64,000 nucleotides of DNA from an uncultured delta proteobacterium (lineage in GTDB: Bacteria > Myxococcota_A > Polyangia > Fen-1088). Position 1 is the first letter of the stretch. Each line of letters begins with the position of its first letter. Shown here piece by piece: positions 48,996-60,123 of the stretch. Both the position numbers and the translations under genes were made by a program. The notes beneath the pieces are model-generated. The model had not been told where the DNA came from. It made no database searches and worked only from the letters and a program-made list of their open reading frames with translations. The DNA lies in assembly GCA_963767925.1 (NCBI GenBank), contig CAVYGB010000002.1, forward strand, positions 1,408,001 to 1,472,000, given 5' to 3'.

Positions 48996-50057
48996 TCAGA
49001 AGGCGAGCTCTGCCCCCACCCGGGTGTCCACCAGCGCCGCCCAGCGAGGCAGCCCGGTCAGCAGCCGCGTCTCCGCGATCAGGGCGGCATGGGGGAACAG
49101 GTGCAGCAGCAGCCCCGCGCCCGGTCCGGCGACCAGGGGCCCCGCCCGCACGCTGTCGTTGCGCCGCAACCCCTGCTCGGGCAGGGGCGGCACCACCAGG
49201 TGAAAGCCGTGGCCCGCGCCGAGGAACCCCGAAGCGACGAACTGCAGGCGCCCATCGCCGGCGTAATAGCTGCCCCGGGCCAGCGTGGTGAAGCTCCGGC
49301 GCGCGGGCGAGCCGGTCTGGGCGTCGCCGATGCCGCTGCCCCGGATCTCCTGCCAGTAGAGCTGCACCCCCACCGCGAAGCGGTGCGAGATCTGGTAGCC
49401 CACCTCGGGCGTGAGCAACATCTGTCCGGCCGGGCCGGTGTTGCCCTGGATGCGCAGGTCGCGCCGGAAGTCGAGGCGGCTCTCCGGGTAGACGCCGTAG
49501 CCGTAGCCGGCGCCGAACCCGAGGAAGAACGTGCCCGGCCCGCGTTGCACCGCGCGCGCCTCGGCCAGCCGTTCGGCGTCGCGCGCGGCCCGGGCCTCGG
49601 CCAGCGGGTCGTCGTCGCGGATCCGCGAGGAGCCGCCGCCGCCCATCGGCCGCAGGCCGGCGAGCTGCCGCGAGTAGCCCGCCACCGCCAGCAGGTGCGG
49701 GTTCTCGACGTCGCCGCTGCTGCCGACCACCTTGTCCTCGGCGTCGCGCGCCTCGAAGTAGAAGTGGAAGGTCCCCCGGGTCAACGTGTCCGGGCAGAGC
49801 GAGACCCGGAACATCCCCCGCCCGGTGCGCAGCGCGGGCGTGGGCGAGAAGGCCTCGTGGCCGGGCGCGCGGTGAAACAGCACCACCGCCACCGCCCCGA
49901 GGTCGGGGGTCGCGTTGCAGTTCATCTGCAGCGGCTGGCCCGATTCGGCCTGCGCGGGGGTCTCGCACTCGAACCCGGCGGGGCCGCCGGGCGGCGGCGG
50001 CGAGAGCTGGGCGAGGTGAAGCAGACTCGAAACCAGGATCGAGATGGTCGGCAGCAT
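48996..50057 (-). CDS. Hypothetical exported protein with a C-terminal beta-barrel-like domain
   Basis: Ig-like N domain (HFYFEARDAED), IRDDDPL linker, amphipathic strands, C-terminal ELAF. Confidence 0.7.
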   Translation of the reverse strand: MLPTISILVSSLLHLAQLSPPPPGGPAGFECETPAQAESGQPLQMNCNATPDLGAVAVVLFHRAPGHEAFSPTPALRTGRGMFRVSLCPDTLTRGTFHFYFEARDAEDKVVGSSGDVENPHLLAVAGYSRQLAGLRPMGGGGSSRIRDDDPLAEARAARDAERLAEARAVQRGPGTFFLGFGAGYGYGVYPESRLDFRRDLRIQGNTGPAGQMLLTPEVGYQISHRFAVGVQLYWQEIRGSGIGDAQTGSPARRSFTTLARGSYYAGDGRLQFVASGFLGAGHGFHLVVPPLPEQGLRRNDSVRAGPLVAGPGAGLLLHLFPHAALIAETRLLTGLPRWAALVDTRVGAELAF

Positions 50058-50493
50058 GGTCAAAACCCGTGCAAGCGAAGCGATGCAATCACGCCCGAGG
50101 GGAGGCAGGCGAGGCGCCAGGGCCCGGCAACGCCCTCGCATCTTACCCGGACTGCCCCGTAGTGGGCGGCCGATCTGACCCCCAGCCGCGCCACGCCAAC
50201 CGCCCCGCGGTCGACTTTGAGCCTGTTCCTTCGAGCCCCCTCTTTCGACCGCGCGCGTCTGCCCTGCCCGCTCCGAAGAGGCATCCGAACACCCGCGCGC
50301 ATGTGTGTGTGGAACCAGGCCCCACGCGCGCTCGCCGCGCGCGCTCGGTCCGAACCCTGATCTCTGCCATTCCAAGGTGTCGCGCCGGACGGCCGACGAG
50401 AGAACCCCTTTATTTCAAGCCCTGGGTCGGCCAAGATGACCTCCTGAGCGGAACGTACGGGCGGGTCCGTGCCCGCCCGGAGAGTTGCCTGGG

Positions 50494-52200
50494 ATGAACA
50501 CCTTGGACCCACCGCCCGCGGTCGCCGCGCCGGCCGAGCACGCCAGTGTCGTCACGGTCGTGTCGCGTTGCAAGGGCCGCCTCGAGGTCCTCGCCGCGCT
50601 GGCCGCGCGCACGGCCCAGGCCAGGACGGTGGGCGAGGCGCTGGAGGCTTACGCCAGCGCCCTGGACGAAGCCAGGTCGGAGGTGCCCTTCAGTCTCGTG
50701 TATCTGTTCGACTCCGGGGGCACCTGGGCCCGGCTGGCCGCATCGACCGGGTTCGACGTCTCCCTGCCGCCTGCCCTCACGATCCTCGAGTGCGATGACC
50801 CCACTTCGATCTGGCCCTTGCGCCAGGCCATGCTGGCCATGAGCGCGGAGCTCGCCGTGGCCCTTCCGCCGGGACCGTGGCCCGAGTCGTCGCCGGAGGC
50901 GCTGGTGATGGCGCTGCGGGGGGGCGACGACGAGACCTGCTTCGGCTTCCTGGTGATCGGAGAAGCGCTTCCGTTCGCGCCGGACGACGGGTACCGGACG
51001 TTCCTGCGCCTGGTCTGCCAGCAGCTCACGGCGACGCTCGCGGGCGCCGCCCAGCGGGTCAAGCTGGAGGGGGCGGCCCGGGCGGCGGAGACCGCCGCCC
51101 GGGTCAAGGACGAGTTCCTGGCGATCCTCGGGCACGAGCTGCGCAACCCGCTCGCCCCCATCATGACCGCGCTGCAGATCACCCGCATGCGCGGCAGCGA
51201 GACCCGCGAGCTGGTGGTCATCGACCGGCAGGTCCGCCATCTCGTGCGCCTCGTCGACGACCTGCTGGATCTCTCGCGCATCACCGGGGGCAAGGTCGCC
51301 CTGCGAAAACAGCGCTTCGAGCTGTCGGCCGTCGTCGCCCGGGGCATGGAGATGGTGAGCCCGCTCCTCGATCAGAAGAAGCAGCGGCTCGACCTGCAGG
51401 TCAGCTTCGAAGGGCTGACCATCGAGGGCGACGCCGACCGCCTGGCCCAGGTGGTCTCGAACCTCATGACCAACGCCGCCAAGTACAGCGACGACGGGAC
51501 CACGATCCACGTCACCGCCGAGCGGGCCGACGACCGCGCCCGGCTCAGCGTGCGGGACGAAGGGGTCGGCATCCCCGGGCACATGCTCGACGCGATCTTC
51601 GACAGCTTCGTCCAGCAGTCGCAGCCCCTCGACCGGTCCAAGGGCGGCCTGGGGCTGGGGCTGACCATCGTGCGCAGCCTGGTGGAGCTCCACGACGGCA
51701 CCGTCGCCGCCTTCAGCGAGGGGCCGGGCACGGGCAGCGAGTTCGTGGTCGAGCTGCCGCTGGCCCAGGCCCCCGAGGAGCTCGACGGCCAGCGATCGCC
51801 GGCCTGGCCGGCGGTCCGCCACACCTGCAAAAATCCGAGCCGGAACCGCGTGCTGATCGTGGACGACAACCGCGACGCCGCCGACTCGGTGGGCGAGATC
51901 CTCGGCGAGCTGGGGTACGAGGTGGCCGTGGCCTACGATGGGCCGTCGGCCCTCACCCTGGCCCAGAACTTCAAGCCGCACATCTGCGTGCTCGACATCG
52001 GCCTGCCCGTGATGGACGGCTACGAGCTGGCGCAACGCCTGCGCCAGTCGGCCGAACTGCCCCAGCCGCTGCACCTGATCGCGCTCACCGGGTACGGCCA
52101 GGACAGCGATCGACGCCGGTCGCGAGAAGCCGGCTTCGACGCCCACCTGGTCAAACCGGTGCAGATCGACGAGCTCGCCCGGATGGTCACCACGAACTGA
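50494..52200 (+). CDS. Hybrid histidine kinase (GAF-like, HisKA, HATPase, REC)
   Basis: LGHELRNPL, NLMTNAAKY, DEGVGI, GLGLGL, VLIVDDN..LDIGLP..KP. Confidence 0.92.
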   Translation: MNTLDPPPAVAAPAEHASVVTVVSRCKGRLEVLAALAARTAQARTVGEALEAYASALDEARSEVPFSLVYLFDSGGTWARLAASTGFDVSLPPALTILECDDPTSIWPLRQAMLAMSAELAVALPPGPWPESSPEALVMALRGGDDETCFGFLVIGEALPFAPDDGYRTFLRLVCQQLTATLAGAAQRVKLEGAARAAETAARVKDEFLAILGHELRNPLAPIMTALQITRMRGSETRELVVIDRQVRHLVRLVDDLLDLSRITGGKVALRKQRFELSAVVARGMEMVSPLLDQKKQRLDLQVSFEGLTIEGDADRLAQVVSNLMTNAAKYSDDGTTIHVTAERADDRARLSVRDEGVGIPGHMLDAIFDSFVQQSQPLDRSKGGLGLGLTIVRSLVELHDGTVAAFSEGPGTGSEFVVELPLAQAPEELDGQRSPAWPAVRHTCKNPSRNRVLIVDDNRDAADSVGEILGELGYEVAVAYDGPSALTLAQNFKPHICVLDIGLPVMDGYELAQRLRQSAELPQPLHLIALTGYGQDSDRRRSREAGFDAHLVKPVQIDELARMVTTN

Positions 52201-52207
52201 GGAAAAC

Positions 52208-55200
52208 ATGGCAGCAGGATCGGGCTTCTCACTCGGTGACGCGTCCTCGGCAGAGCTCCTCAACCACATCACCGACTACTCCATCGTTCGCCTCGATCCG
52301 AGCGGGAAGGTCGTGGCGGGCAACGAAGGCGCCGCCATCATGTACGGCTACCGGGACGGGGAGCTCCGGGGGCGGCACTTCTCCGCCTTCTTCGCCCCGG
52401 AGCCCGGGGTCAGCGCCGACCCCCAGATGGCCCTCAACATCGCCTCGGCCGAGGGCCGCCACGAGGTCGAGGGCTGGCAGGTCCGCAAGGACGGCTCACC
52501 CCTCTGGACGAACTGTGTCACGACCGCCCTGCGCGATCGCGACGGCAACCTGACCGGCTTTGCCTCCATCACGCGCGACTTTACCCGCCGCAAGTGGACC
52601 GAGGAGCGGTTCCGGCTGGCGGTGGAATCGGCGCCCAACGCCCTGGTCATGGTCAACGACCGGGGGCGCATCGTGCTCGTCAACTTCCAGACCGAGCGAC
52701 TCTTCGGCTACCGCCGGGAGGAGCTGCTCGACCGCACCATCGAGATCCTGGTGCCCGAGCGCTTCCGCGGCGTTCACCCCGGTCACCGGGGCGGGTTCTT
52801 CTCCGAGCCCCGCTCCCGCTCGATGGGGGCCGGACGGGACCTGTACGGGCTGCGCAAGGACGGCCAGGAGTTCCCGGTCGAGATCGGGCTCAACCCGATC
52901 TCGACCGACGAGGGCTCGTTCGTGCTGGCGGCCATCGTCGACATCACCGAGCGCAAGCGGGCCGAGGAGCGCTTCCGGTTGGTTGTCGAATCGGCCCCCA
53001 GCGCCATGGTCATGATCAGCGACGAAGGGAAGATCCTCCTGGTCAACGCCCAGACCGAGAAGCTGTTCGGCTACGACCGGCACGAGCTGATCAGCGCGTC
53101 CATCGAGGTCCTCGTGCCCGAGCGCTTCCGGGGCAAGCACCCCATGTTCCGGGTCGACTTCTTCGCCGATCCCAAGGCCCGCTCCATGGGCGCCGGGCGC
53201 GACCTGTTCGGCCTGCGCAAGGACGGCTCCGAGGTCCCGGTCGAGATCGGCCTCAACCCCATCAAGACGGGGGAGGGCACCTTCGTGCTGGCGGCCATCG
53301 TCGACATCACCGAGCGCAAGCGGGCCGAGGAACGCTTCCGGCTGGTCGTCGAATCGGCCCCCAGCGCCATGGTCATGATCAACGAGCGGGGCAAGATCGT
53401 GCTGGTCAACGCCCAGACCGAGAAGCTGTTCGGCTTCAGCCGGAAGGACCTGATCGATCAATCGATCGAGGTGCTGGTGCCCCCCCGTTTTCGCAGCGCG
53501 CACCCCGGCTTCCGCGCCTCGTTCTTCACCGATCCCCGCTCGCGCTCCATGGGGGCGGGCCGGGATCTGTTCGGCCTGCGCAGCGACGGCAGCGAGGTGC
53601 CGGTCGAGATCGGGCTCAACCCCATCAAGACCGCGGAGGGCTCGTTCGTCCTGGCGGCCATCGTCGACATCACCGAACGCAAGCGGGGCGAGGAGCGCTT
53701 CCGGGTCGCCGTCGAGTCGGCCCCCAACCCGATGGTCATGGTCAACGCCGAGGGCAAGATCGTCCTCGTGAACGCCCAGACCGAGAAGCTGTTCGGCTAC
53801 GCGCGCAAGGAGCTCATCGAGCAGCCGATCGAGATGCTGGTCCCCAGCCGTTTCCGGGGCGGCCACCCCGGGCACCGGCTAGGCTTCTTCTCCAACCCGC
53901 AGGCGCGTTCGATGGGCGCAGGGCGCGAGCTGTTCGGCCTGCGCCGCGACGGGACCGAGATGCCCCTCGAGATCGGCCTCAACCCGATCAAGACCGACGA
54001 GGGCTCCTTCGTGCTGGCGGCCATCGTCGACATCACCGAGCGCAAGAAGGCCGAGGAGCGCTTCCGGCTCGTCGTGGAGTCGGCCCCCAGCGCCATGGTC
54101 ATGATCAACGCCGAGGGCAAGATCGTCCTCGTGAACGCCCAGACCGAGAAGCTGTTCGGCTACGGTCGCCGGGAGCTGCTGGATCAGAGCATCGAGATGC
54201 TGGTCCCCCCGCAATTTCGCGGCAAACACCCCAGCTTCCGGGCCGACTTCTTCGGGGATCCCAAGGCCCGCTCCATGGGGGTGGGACGCGACCTGTTCGG
54301 CCTGCGCAAGGACGGCAGCGAGGTCCCGGTCGAGATCGGCCTCAACCCCATCAAGACCGAGGACGGGACCTTCGTGCTGGCGGCCATCGTCGACATCACC
54401 GAGCGCAAGAAGGCCGAGCTCCAGGTGGCCGAGCTCGATCGGGCCAAGACCGCGTTCTTCTCCAACGTGAGCCACGAGTTCCGGACGCCGCTCACCCTGC
54501 TGCTGGGCCCGCTCGAGGACGCCATCCGCCTGGCCGACCCGAACATCTCCCCCGACCAGCGGGAACGGCTGGAGGTCTCCCACCGCAACGCCCTCCGCCT
54601 GCTCAAGCTGGTCAACACCCTGCTCGACTTCTCCCGGATCGAGGCGGGCCGCATCCAGGCCGCCTTCGAGCCGGTGGACCTGGCGGCCTACACCCTGGAG
54701 CTGGCCAGCGTCTTCCGCTCGGCGGTCGAGCGGGCCGGCCTGGGGTTCGAGGTCGACTGCGCCCCGCTGGCCGGGCCGGTGCACATCGATCGGGAGATGT
54801 GGGAGAAGATCGTCTTCAACCTGGTCGCCAACGCCCTGAAGTTCACCTTCACCGGCACCATCTCGGTGGTCATGCGGCCCCTGGGGGATCATGTCCAGCT
54901 CGAGGTCCGGGACTCGGGCATCGGCATCGCCGCCGACGAGCTTCCCCACCTGTTCGAGCGGTTCTATCGGGTCAAGAACGCGCGCTCGCGCACCCAGGAA
55001 GGGACCGGCATCGGGCTGGCGCTGGTGCAGGAGCTGGTGCGCCTTCACGGGGGCAGCATCGCCGTCTGCAGCGAGCCCGATCGCGGGAGCAGCTTCACGG
55101 TCCGCCTGGCCATGGGGACGGCCCACCTGCCCAAGGAGCGAATCGGGGCCGCCCGAACCCTTGTCTCGACCGGCCTGGGCGCGGCGCCCTACGTGGAAGA

Positions 55201-56416
55201 GGCCCTGCAATGGTTCCCGGCCAGGCCGCTCGAGGGGACGGGCAACGGCCCCCGCCCGCCAGCCTCCCAGGCGAACTACCGCATCCTGCTGGCCGACGAC
55301 AACCAGGACATGCGGGTGTATCTCGAGCGGCTCCTCGCCGAGCACTGGACGGTGGAGGCGGTGGCCGATGGCGCCCAGGCGCTCGAGGCGGTGCGCGCCC
55401 GCCGGCCCGACCTGGTGCTGTCCGACGTCATCATGCCCAACCTCGACGGCTTCGGCCTGCTGCGGGAGATGCGCGCCGATCCGGCGCTCAAGGGGGTGCC
55501 GATCATCCTGCTGTCGGCGCGGGCCGGAGAAGAGGCCCGGGTCGAGGGGCTCGAGGCGGGGGCGGACGACTACCTCATCAAGCCGTTCTCCGCGCGCGAG
55601 CTGATCGCCCGGGTCAAGAGCAACCTCGAGCTGGCCTCCCTGCGGCGGCAGGTCGAGGAGGAGGTCCGCGGGCGCAACGCGCTGCTGGAGGTCCGGGTGC
55701 GGGAGCGCACCGTGCAGCTCGAAGAATCGGTGAAGGAGCTGCAGACCTTCGCCTACACGGTGTCGCACGATCTGCGCGCCCCGATCCGCGGGATGTACCG
55801 CTACGCCGAGACCCTGCTCGCGCGCTACTCGGGTCAGGTGTTCGACGCCGAGGCCCAGGGCTTCGTCGGGAACATCGCCGCCTCGGCCGAACGCATGGAT
55901 CTCCTGGTGCAGGACCTCCTCCAGTACAGCCGGTTGACCCACGCGGAGATGAAGCTGCTGGAGATCCCGCTGGCGCCGGTCGTGTCGGAGGTGCTCGACG
56001 CGATGGAGAGCGAGATCAAGGAACGGAAGGGGTGCATCGTGGTGGGGCCGGACCTGCCGGGCGTGGTGGGTGACCCGTTCATGCTGGCGCAGGCCCTGAC
56101 CAACCTGGTGTCCAACGGGCTGAAGTTCGTCGCCGCCGGGGTCGAGCCCCAGGTGCGCATCCGCGCCGAGACCAAGGATCGCCGCGTCCGCCTCTGGGTC
56201 GAGGACAACGGCATCGGAGTCGAGCCGGAGCTCCAGCCGAAGTTGTTCCAGGTGTTCGAGCGGCTGGTCAAGCCGGACGACTACCCCGGCACAGGCATCG
56301 GCCTGGCCATCGTGCGCAAGGCCGTCGAGCGCATGGGTGGGCTGGTCGGGATGGAGTCGGAGCGGGGCGCGGGCAGCCGCTTCTGGATCGAGCTGCCCGG
56401 CGGGGGACCGTCGTGA
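52208..56416 (+). CDS. Multi-PAS hybrid kinase (6 PAS, HK, REC, HK)
   Basis: One divergent PAS plus five 121-aa PAS repeats; SHEFRTPL kinase; LLADDN receiver; SHDLRAP second kinase. Confidence 0.95.
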   Translation: MAAGSGFSLGDASSAELLNHITDYSIVRLDPSGKVVAGNEGAAIMYGYRDGELRGRHFSAFFAPEPGVSADPQMALNIASAEGRHEVEGWQVRKDGSPLWTNCVTTALRDRDGNLTGFASITRDFTRRKWTEERFRLAVESAPNALVMVNDRGRIVLVNFQTERLFGYRREELLDRTIEILVPERFRGVHPGHRGGFFSEPRSRSMGAGRDLYGLRKDGQEFPVEIGLNPISTDEGSFVLAAIVDITERKRAEERFRLVVESAPSAMVMISDEGKILLVNAQTEKLFGYDRHELISASIEVLVPERFRGKHPMFRVDFFADPKARSMGAGRDLFGLRKDGSEVPVEIGLNPIKTGEGTFVLAAIVDITERKRAEERFRLVVESAPSAMVMINERGKIVLVNAQTEKLFGFSRKDLIDQSIEVLVPPRFRSAHPGFRASFFTDPRSRSMGAGRDLFGLRSDGSEVPVEIGLNPIKTAEGSFVLAAIVDITERKRGEERFRVAVESAPNPMVMVNAEGKIVLVNAQTEKLFGYARKELIEQPIEMLVPSRFRGGHPGHRLGFFSNPQARSMGAGRELFGLRRDGTEMPLEIGLNPIKTDEGSFVLAAIVDITERKKAEERFRLVVESAPSAMVMINAEGKIVLVNAQTEKLFGYGRRELLDQSIEMLVPPQFRGKHPSFRADFFGDPKARSMGVGRDLFGLRKDGSEVPVEIGLNPIKTEDGTFVLAAIVDITERKKAELQVAELDRAKTAFFSNVSHEFRTPLTLLLGPLEDAIRLADPNISPDQRERLEVSHRNALRLLKLVNTLLDFSRIEAGRIQAAFEPVDLAAYTLELASVFRSAVERAGLGFEVDCAPLAGPVHIDREMWEKIVFNLVANALKFTFTGTISVVMRPLGDHVQLEVRDSGIGIAADELPHLFERFYRVKNARSRTQEGTGIGLALVQELVRLHGGSIAVCSEPDRGSSFTVRLAMGTAHLPKERIGAARTLVSTGLGAAPYVEEALQWFPARPLEGTGNGPRPPASQANYRILLADDNQDMRVYLERLLAEHWTVEAVADGAQALEAVRARRPDLVLSDVIMPNLDGFGLLREMRADPALKGVPIILLSARAGEEARVEGLEAGADDYLIKPFSARELIARVKSNLELASLRRQVEEEVRGRNALLEVRVRERTVQLEESVKELQTFAYTVSHDLRAPIRGMYRYAETLLARYSGQVFDAEAQGFVGNIAASAERMDLLVQDLLQYSRLTHAEMKLLEIPLAPVVSEVLDAMESEIKERKGCIVVGPDLPGVVGDPFMLAQALTNLVSNGLKFVAAGVEPQVRIRAETKDRRVRLWVEDNGIGVEPELQPKLFQVFERLVKPDDYPGTGIGLAIVRKAVERMGGLVGMESERGAGSRFWIELPGGGPS
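52601..54415 (+). repeat. Five tandem 363-bp PAS-encoding repeats
   Basis: Units start at 52601, 52964, 53327, 53690 and 54053 (EERFR.. to ..DITERK). Confidence 0.95.
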
Positions 56417-56856
56417 CGGCGGCGGCCCGTTCCCGCTGTCTGCTGCTGGTGGAGGACAACCACGACGACGTGGTCTTCATGGAGCAGGCCTTTCGCGACG
56501 CCGGGCTGGCCTGTCCTTACCGCGTCCTGTCCGACGGGCTGGAGGTCCTGGACTACCTGGAAGGTCGCTCGGACTACGCCGATCGCACCCGCTTCCCCCT
56601 GCCCAGCCACTTGCTCCTGGATCTCAAGCTCCCCCGAAAGTCGGGGGGCGAGATCCTCGCCTGGATCCGGAGCCACCCCGAGCTGAAGGATCTGGCGGTG
56701 ATCGTGCTCAGCTCGTCGAAGGAGGCCAACGACGTCGCCCGCGTCCGCGAGCTGGGCATCGACCATTACCTGGTCAAGCCGGTCAGCTACCGCCATCTGC
56801 TGGGCATGGTCAGGGAGGTCGTCGAGATCTGGAAGCTGGGACCGACGACCGGCTGA
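56413..56856 (+). CDS. Single-domain response regulator (Rcp1-like)
   Basis: LLVEDNHDD, LLLDLKLP, VIVLSSS, YLVKP; GTGA overlap. Confidence 0.9.
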   Translation: MTAAARSRCLLLVEDNHDDVVFMEQAFRDAGLACPYRVLSDGLEVLDYLEGRSDYADRTRFPLPSHLLLDLKLPRKSGGEILAWIRSHPELKDLAVIVLSSSKEANDVARVRELGIDHYLVKPVSYRHLLGMVREVVEIWKLGPTTG

Positions 56857-56927
56857 GCGGCGGCCGAGCTGTCGGGCGACGGGGCCTCGCCGATCGCGTT
56901 GGCCCCGCCGCCCCCAGCGTGCAGCCG

Positions 56928-57175
56928 TTACTTGTCGTGATGTTTGCCGGGCATCAGCCTGGCATGCCCGCTGGCCAGCTCGTCGCGCGTGAGGGCCCCG
57001 TCCTTGTCGGTGTCCATCTTCCCGAACATCTCCCGGGCGCCGTTGGCGTGCTCCTCGGCGCTCAGGGCCCCGTCGCCATCGGTGTCGACGGCCTTGATCT
57101 TCTCGCTCACCGCCATGGTCCACTGCTGGGCTTCTCCGCCTTCTCCTCGCTGTCCACCTTGCCGTCTTTGCCCGC
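56928..57175 (-). pseudogene. EF-hand protein, 5'-truncated or frameshifted
   Basis: DTDGDGALSAEE and DTDKDGALTRDE in ORF 56928-57116; a third partial loop (KDGKVDSEE) lies in another frame upstream, and there is no signal peptide. Confidence 0.6.
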
Positions 57176-57293
57176 GGAAACGTTTCTACCCGAATAATTT
57201 GCGCTCAGGAGCCCCCCCGGGCTCCGGGGCGGCCCGCGGCGCCGGTGCCAGGAGCCGGCGTTCGCGTTAACATCTCGGCCCCAGGACACCGCG

Positions 57294-57749
57294 ATGGCCC
57301 TCATCACGTCGTTTCTGGATCCCGGGGAGATCTGCGAAGGCAACCTGCGCCTGCTGGTCAAAGATCGGGTATCGGGGAGCTCGGACCAGGCCTGGGTCCC
57401 GATGTACCGCTTCGACATCACGGTCGACGGCGAGCGGGTGGGGGGCATCGACTTCCGGCTCGGCTCGAGCGACTTCATCGTCCGCTTCGCCGGCCAGGTC
57501 GGCTACGGCATCGAGGAGCGGCACCGCGGCCACCGCTACGCCGCGCGGTCGCTGCGCCTGCTGGCCCCCCTGGCCCGGGCCCACGGCATGGTCCCGCTGT
57601 GGATCACCTGCAACCCCGACAACCTGGCCTCGCGCCGCACCTGCGAGCTGGCCGGCGCCGAGCTGGTGGAGATCGTCGACCTCCCCGTCGATTGCGACAT
57701 GTACGCCAAGGGCGACCGCCAGAAGTGTCGCTACCGCCTCGCCGTCTGA
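57294..57749 (+). CDS. GNAT N-acetyltransferase
   Basis: GQVGYGIEERHRGHRYA, ITCNPDNLASRRTCE. Confidence 0.88.
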   Translation: MALITSFLDPGEICEGNLRLLVKDRVSGSSDQAWVPMYRFDITVDGERVGGIDFRLGSSDFIVRFAGQVGYGIEERHRGHRYAARSLRLLAPLARAHGMVPLWITCNPDNLASRRTCELAGAELVEIVDLPVDCDMYAKGDRQKCRYRLAV

Positions 57750-57756
57750 GCGCGCT

Positions 57757-58797
57757 TCACCCGGCCAGCTCGGACAGCTTCACCGGGCGGCCCTCGCGGG
57801 CCGAGCGGTCGGCGGCGAACACAACCCGGTGGGTCTCCAGGGCCGAGCGCAGGTCGGTCAGCGGCATCTCCCGGTTCGCGGCGATGGCGTCGACGAAGGC
57901 CTGGAACTGCGGCTGGTAGGGGTGATCGCCCACCGCGCCCGAGTCGACCAGCGCCGTCTCGAGCGTGGTCCAGCGGCGCTTGTCCAGCCCGGGCAGCTTC
58001 TGCGAGTAGAGGCGGTTGTCGAGCAGGCTGCCCTCGCTGCCCACCAGGTGGGTGTGAAAGTAATACGGCTGCAGGCAGTCGATCACCGAGGCCACCTTGC
58101 CGAGCTGTCCACCGGCGAACTTCAGCAAGGTCGTCGTCGTGGTCGGATACTGGTAAGGCTCGAAGATCGGCGAGGCGGAGCGGGTGGCGTAGCTCGTCAC
58201 CTCGACCACCGGCTGGTTCATCACCTCCAGCAACACGTCGAGGGCGTGGCACCCCGCCGTGAGCAGCGAGCTGCCGCCCCAGTCCTCCTTCACGTTCCAG
58301 TCGAACTGCCCGTACCAGGGGCCGATGCCGTGGTAATAGTCGACCTCGGCGTAGTGGAGCTGCCCCAGCAGCCCCTGGGCCAGCACCGAGCGCACGAGGG
58401 TGAACTGGGCGCTGAAGCGCAGCTCGAAGCAGACGCAGGCCCGCACCCGCGCCTGCTCGACGGCGTCCCGCACGTCGCGGGCGTCCTCCCAGCTCAGGGC
58501 GATCGGCTTTTCCAGCAGGAGGTGTTTGCCCGCCCGGGCCGCTGCCACCGCCTGGGCGGCGTGCAGCGGGTGGGGCGTGCAGATGTCGATGACGTCCACC
58601 TCCCGGTCGGCGAGCAGGTCCTCGTAGCGCTGGTACACCCGCAGCGGCTGCCCGTATTGCCGGGCCAGCGCCTCCGGATCCAGCGGCCGCCGCGAGCAGA
58701 CCGCCGTCACGCGGGCTCCCTTGACCACCTTGAACGCATCGATGTGGGCCCCCGCCACCGACCCCAGCCCCACCAGGCCGATCCGGAGCTCGCTCAT
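57757..58797 (-). CDS. Gfo/Idh/MocA oxidoreductase
   Basis: [24 protein letters not shown]. Confidence 0.92.
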   Translation of the reverse strand: MSELRIGLVGLGSVAGAHIDAFKVVKGARVTAVCSRRPLDPEALARQYGQPLRVYQRYEDLLADREVDVIDICTPHPLHAAQAVAAARAGKHLLLEKPIALSWEDARDVRDAVEQARVRACVCFELRFSAQFTLVRSVLAQGLLGQLHYAEVDYYHGIGPWYGQFDWNVKEDWGGSSLLTAGCHALDVLLEVMNQPVVEVTSYATRSASPIFEPYQYPTTTTTLLKFAGGQLGKVASVIDCLQPYYFHTHLVGSEGSLLDNRLYSQKLPGLDKRRWTTLETALVDSGAVGDHPYQPQFQAFVDAIAANREMPLTDLRSALETHRVVFAADRSAREGRPVKLSELAG

Positions 58798-58914
58798 GAA
58801 ACTGCCTCCGCGCCACTCCTACCACGGCGCGGAGGCGCCCGGTTCAGCGGCCGGCGAGCTCGGCCGGGAAACCGTTGCAGAACTTGCCGAGCTCCCTCGC
58901 CGCGCTCGGTCCGG

Positions 58915-60087
58915 CTAGTTTTTCAGGACCACCTTTTCGCAGTTGTCCTCCTTCTCGAGGAACATCTGGTACCCCTTGGCGGCGTCCTGCAGCGGCATCC
59001 GGTGGGTGACGACGAAGCTCGGATCGATCTCGCCCTTGACGATCCGCTCGAGCAGAGGCTTGTGGTAGCGCTGCACGTGGCACTGCCCGGCCCGGATGGT
59101 GAGCCCGCGGTTGACCACCGACCCCATCGGGAACTTGTCGATGAAGCCCCCGTAGACGCCGACCACCGACACGATGCCCCCGTTGCGACACGCCCGGATG
59201 GCCTGGCGCAGGGCGGTCGGGCGATCCGACTGCAGCATGAGCGCCTGCTTGGTCCGGTCGTAAGCGTAGATCCCCGCCGGACCGTGCGCCTCCGCGCCCA
59301 CCGCATCGATGCAGGCGTCCGGTCCACGCCCGCCGGTCAGCTCCTTCAGCGCCTCCGGCACGTCGACCTCCTCGTAGTTGAGGACGTCGGTGGCGCCCGC
59401 CTTGTGCCGGGCCATCTCCAGCCGGTAGCCGAAGCGATCGATGGCGATCACCCGCTCGGCGCCCAGCAGCTTCGCGCTGGCGATCGCGAACTGCCCGACC
59501 GGGCCCGCCCCCCACACCGCCACGACCTGCCCCGGCTTGATGTCGCACATCTCTGCCCCCATGTAGCCGGTGGGGAAGATGTCCGAGAGGAACAGCACCT
59601 GCTCGTCGCTCAGCTCGGCCGGCACCTTGAGGGGCCCCACGTCGGCGAAGGGGACCCGGGCGTACTCCGCCTGGCCCCCGGCGAACCCGCCCAGCATGTG
59701 CGAGTAGCCGAACAGCCCGGCCGGCGAATGCCCGAAAGCCTTCTCCGCCATCCAGGCGTTGGGGTTCGAGTTCTCGCACAGGGCGAAGAGGCCGTCGCGG
59801 CACGCCTGGCAGACCCCGCAGGAGATGGGGAAGGGGACCACCACCCGATCGCCGGTGCGCAGGTTCTTCACCCCCCGCCCCACCTCGACCACCTCGCCCA
59901 TGAACTCGTGGCCGAGGATGTCGCCCTTCTCCATCGACGGCACCAGGCCGTTGTAAAGGTGCAGGTCCGATCCGCAGATCGCCGTCGCGGTGATGCGGAC
60001 GATGGCGTCACCGGAGTTGAGGATCTTCGGGTCGGGCACCTCGGTGACCCGGACCTTCTTCTTGCCCATCCAGCAGTTGGCTCGCAT
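58915..60087 (-). CDS. Zinc-dependent alcohol/formaldehyde dehydrogenase (YbdR-like)
   Basis: [35 protein letters not shown]. Confidence 0.93.
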   Translation of the reverse strand: MRANCWMGKKKVRVTEVPDPKILNSGDAIVRITATAICGSDLHLYNGLVPSMEKGDILGHEFMGEVVEVGRGVKNLRTGDRVVVPFPISCGVCQACRDGLFALCENSNPNAWMAEKAFGHSPAGLFGYSHMLGGFAGGQAEYARVPFADVGPLKVPAELSDEQVLFLSDIFPTGYMGAEMCDIKPGQVVAVWGAGPVGQFAIASAKLLGAERVIAIDRFGYRLEMARHKAGATDVLNYEEVDVPEALKELTGGRGPDACIDAVGAEAHGPAGIYAYDRTKQALMLQSDRPTALRQAIRACRNGGIVSVVGVYGGFIDKFPMGSVVNRGLTIRAGQCHVQRYHKPLLERIVKGEIDPSFVVTHRMPLQDAAKGYQMFLEKEDNCEKVVLKN

Positions 60088-60123
60088 GAAAATCTCCTTG
60101 GCCTCTCTGTTGCGCGGACCCGG

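Noticed and set aside
48945..48998. Imperfect 15-bp repeats between convergent genes
   Set aside because: Degenerate duplications of the gene end; no evidence of function.
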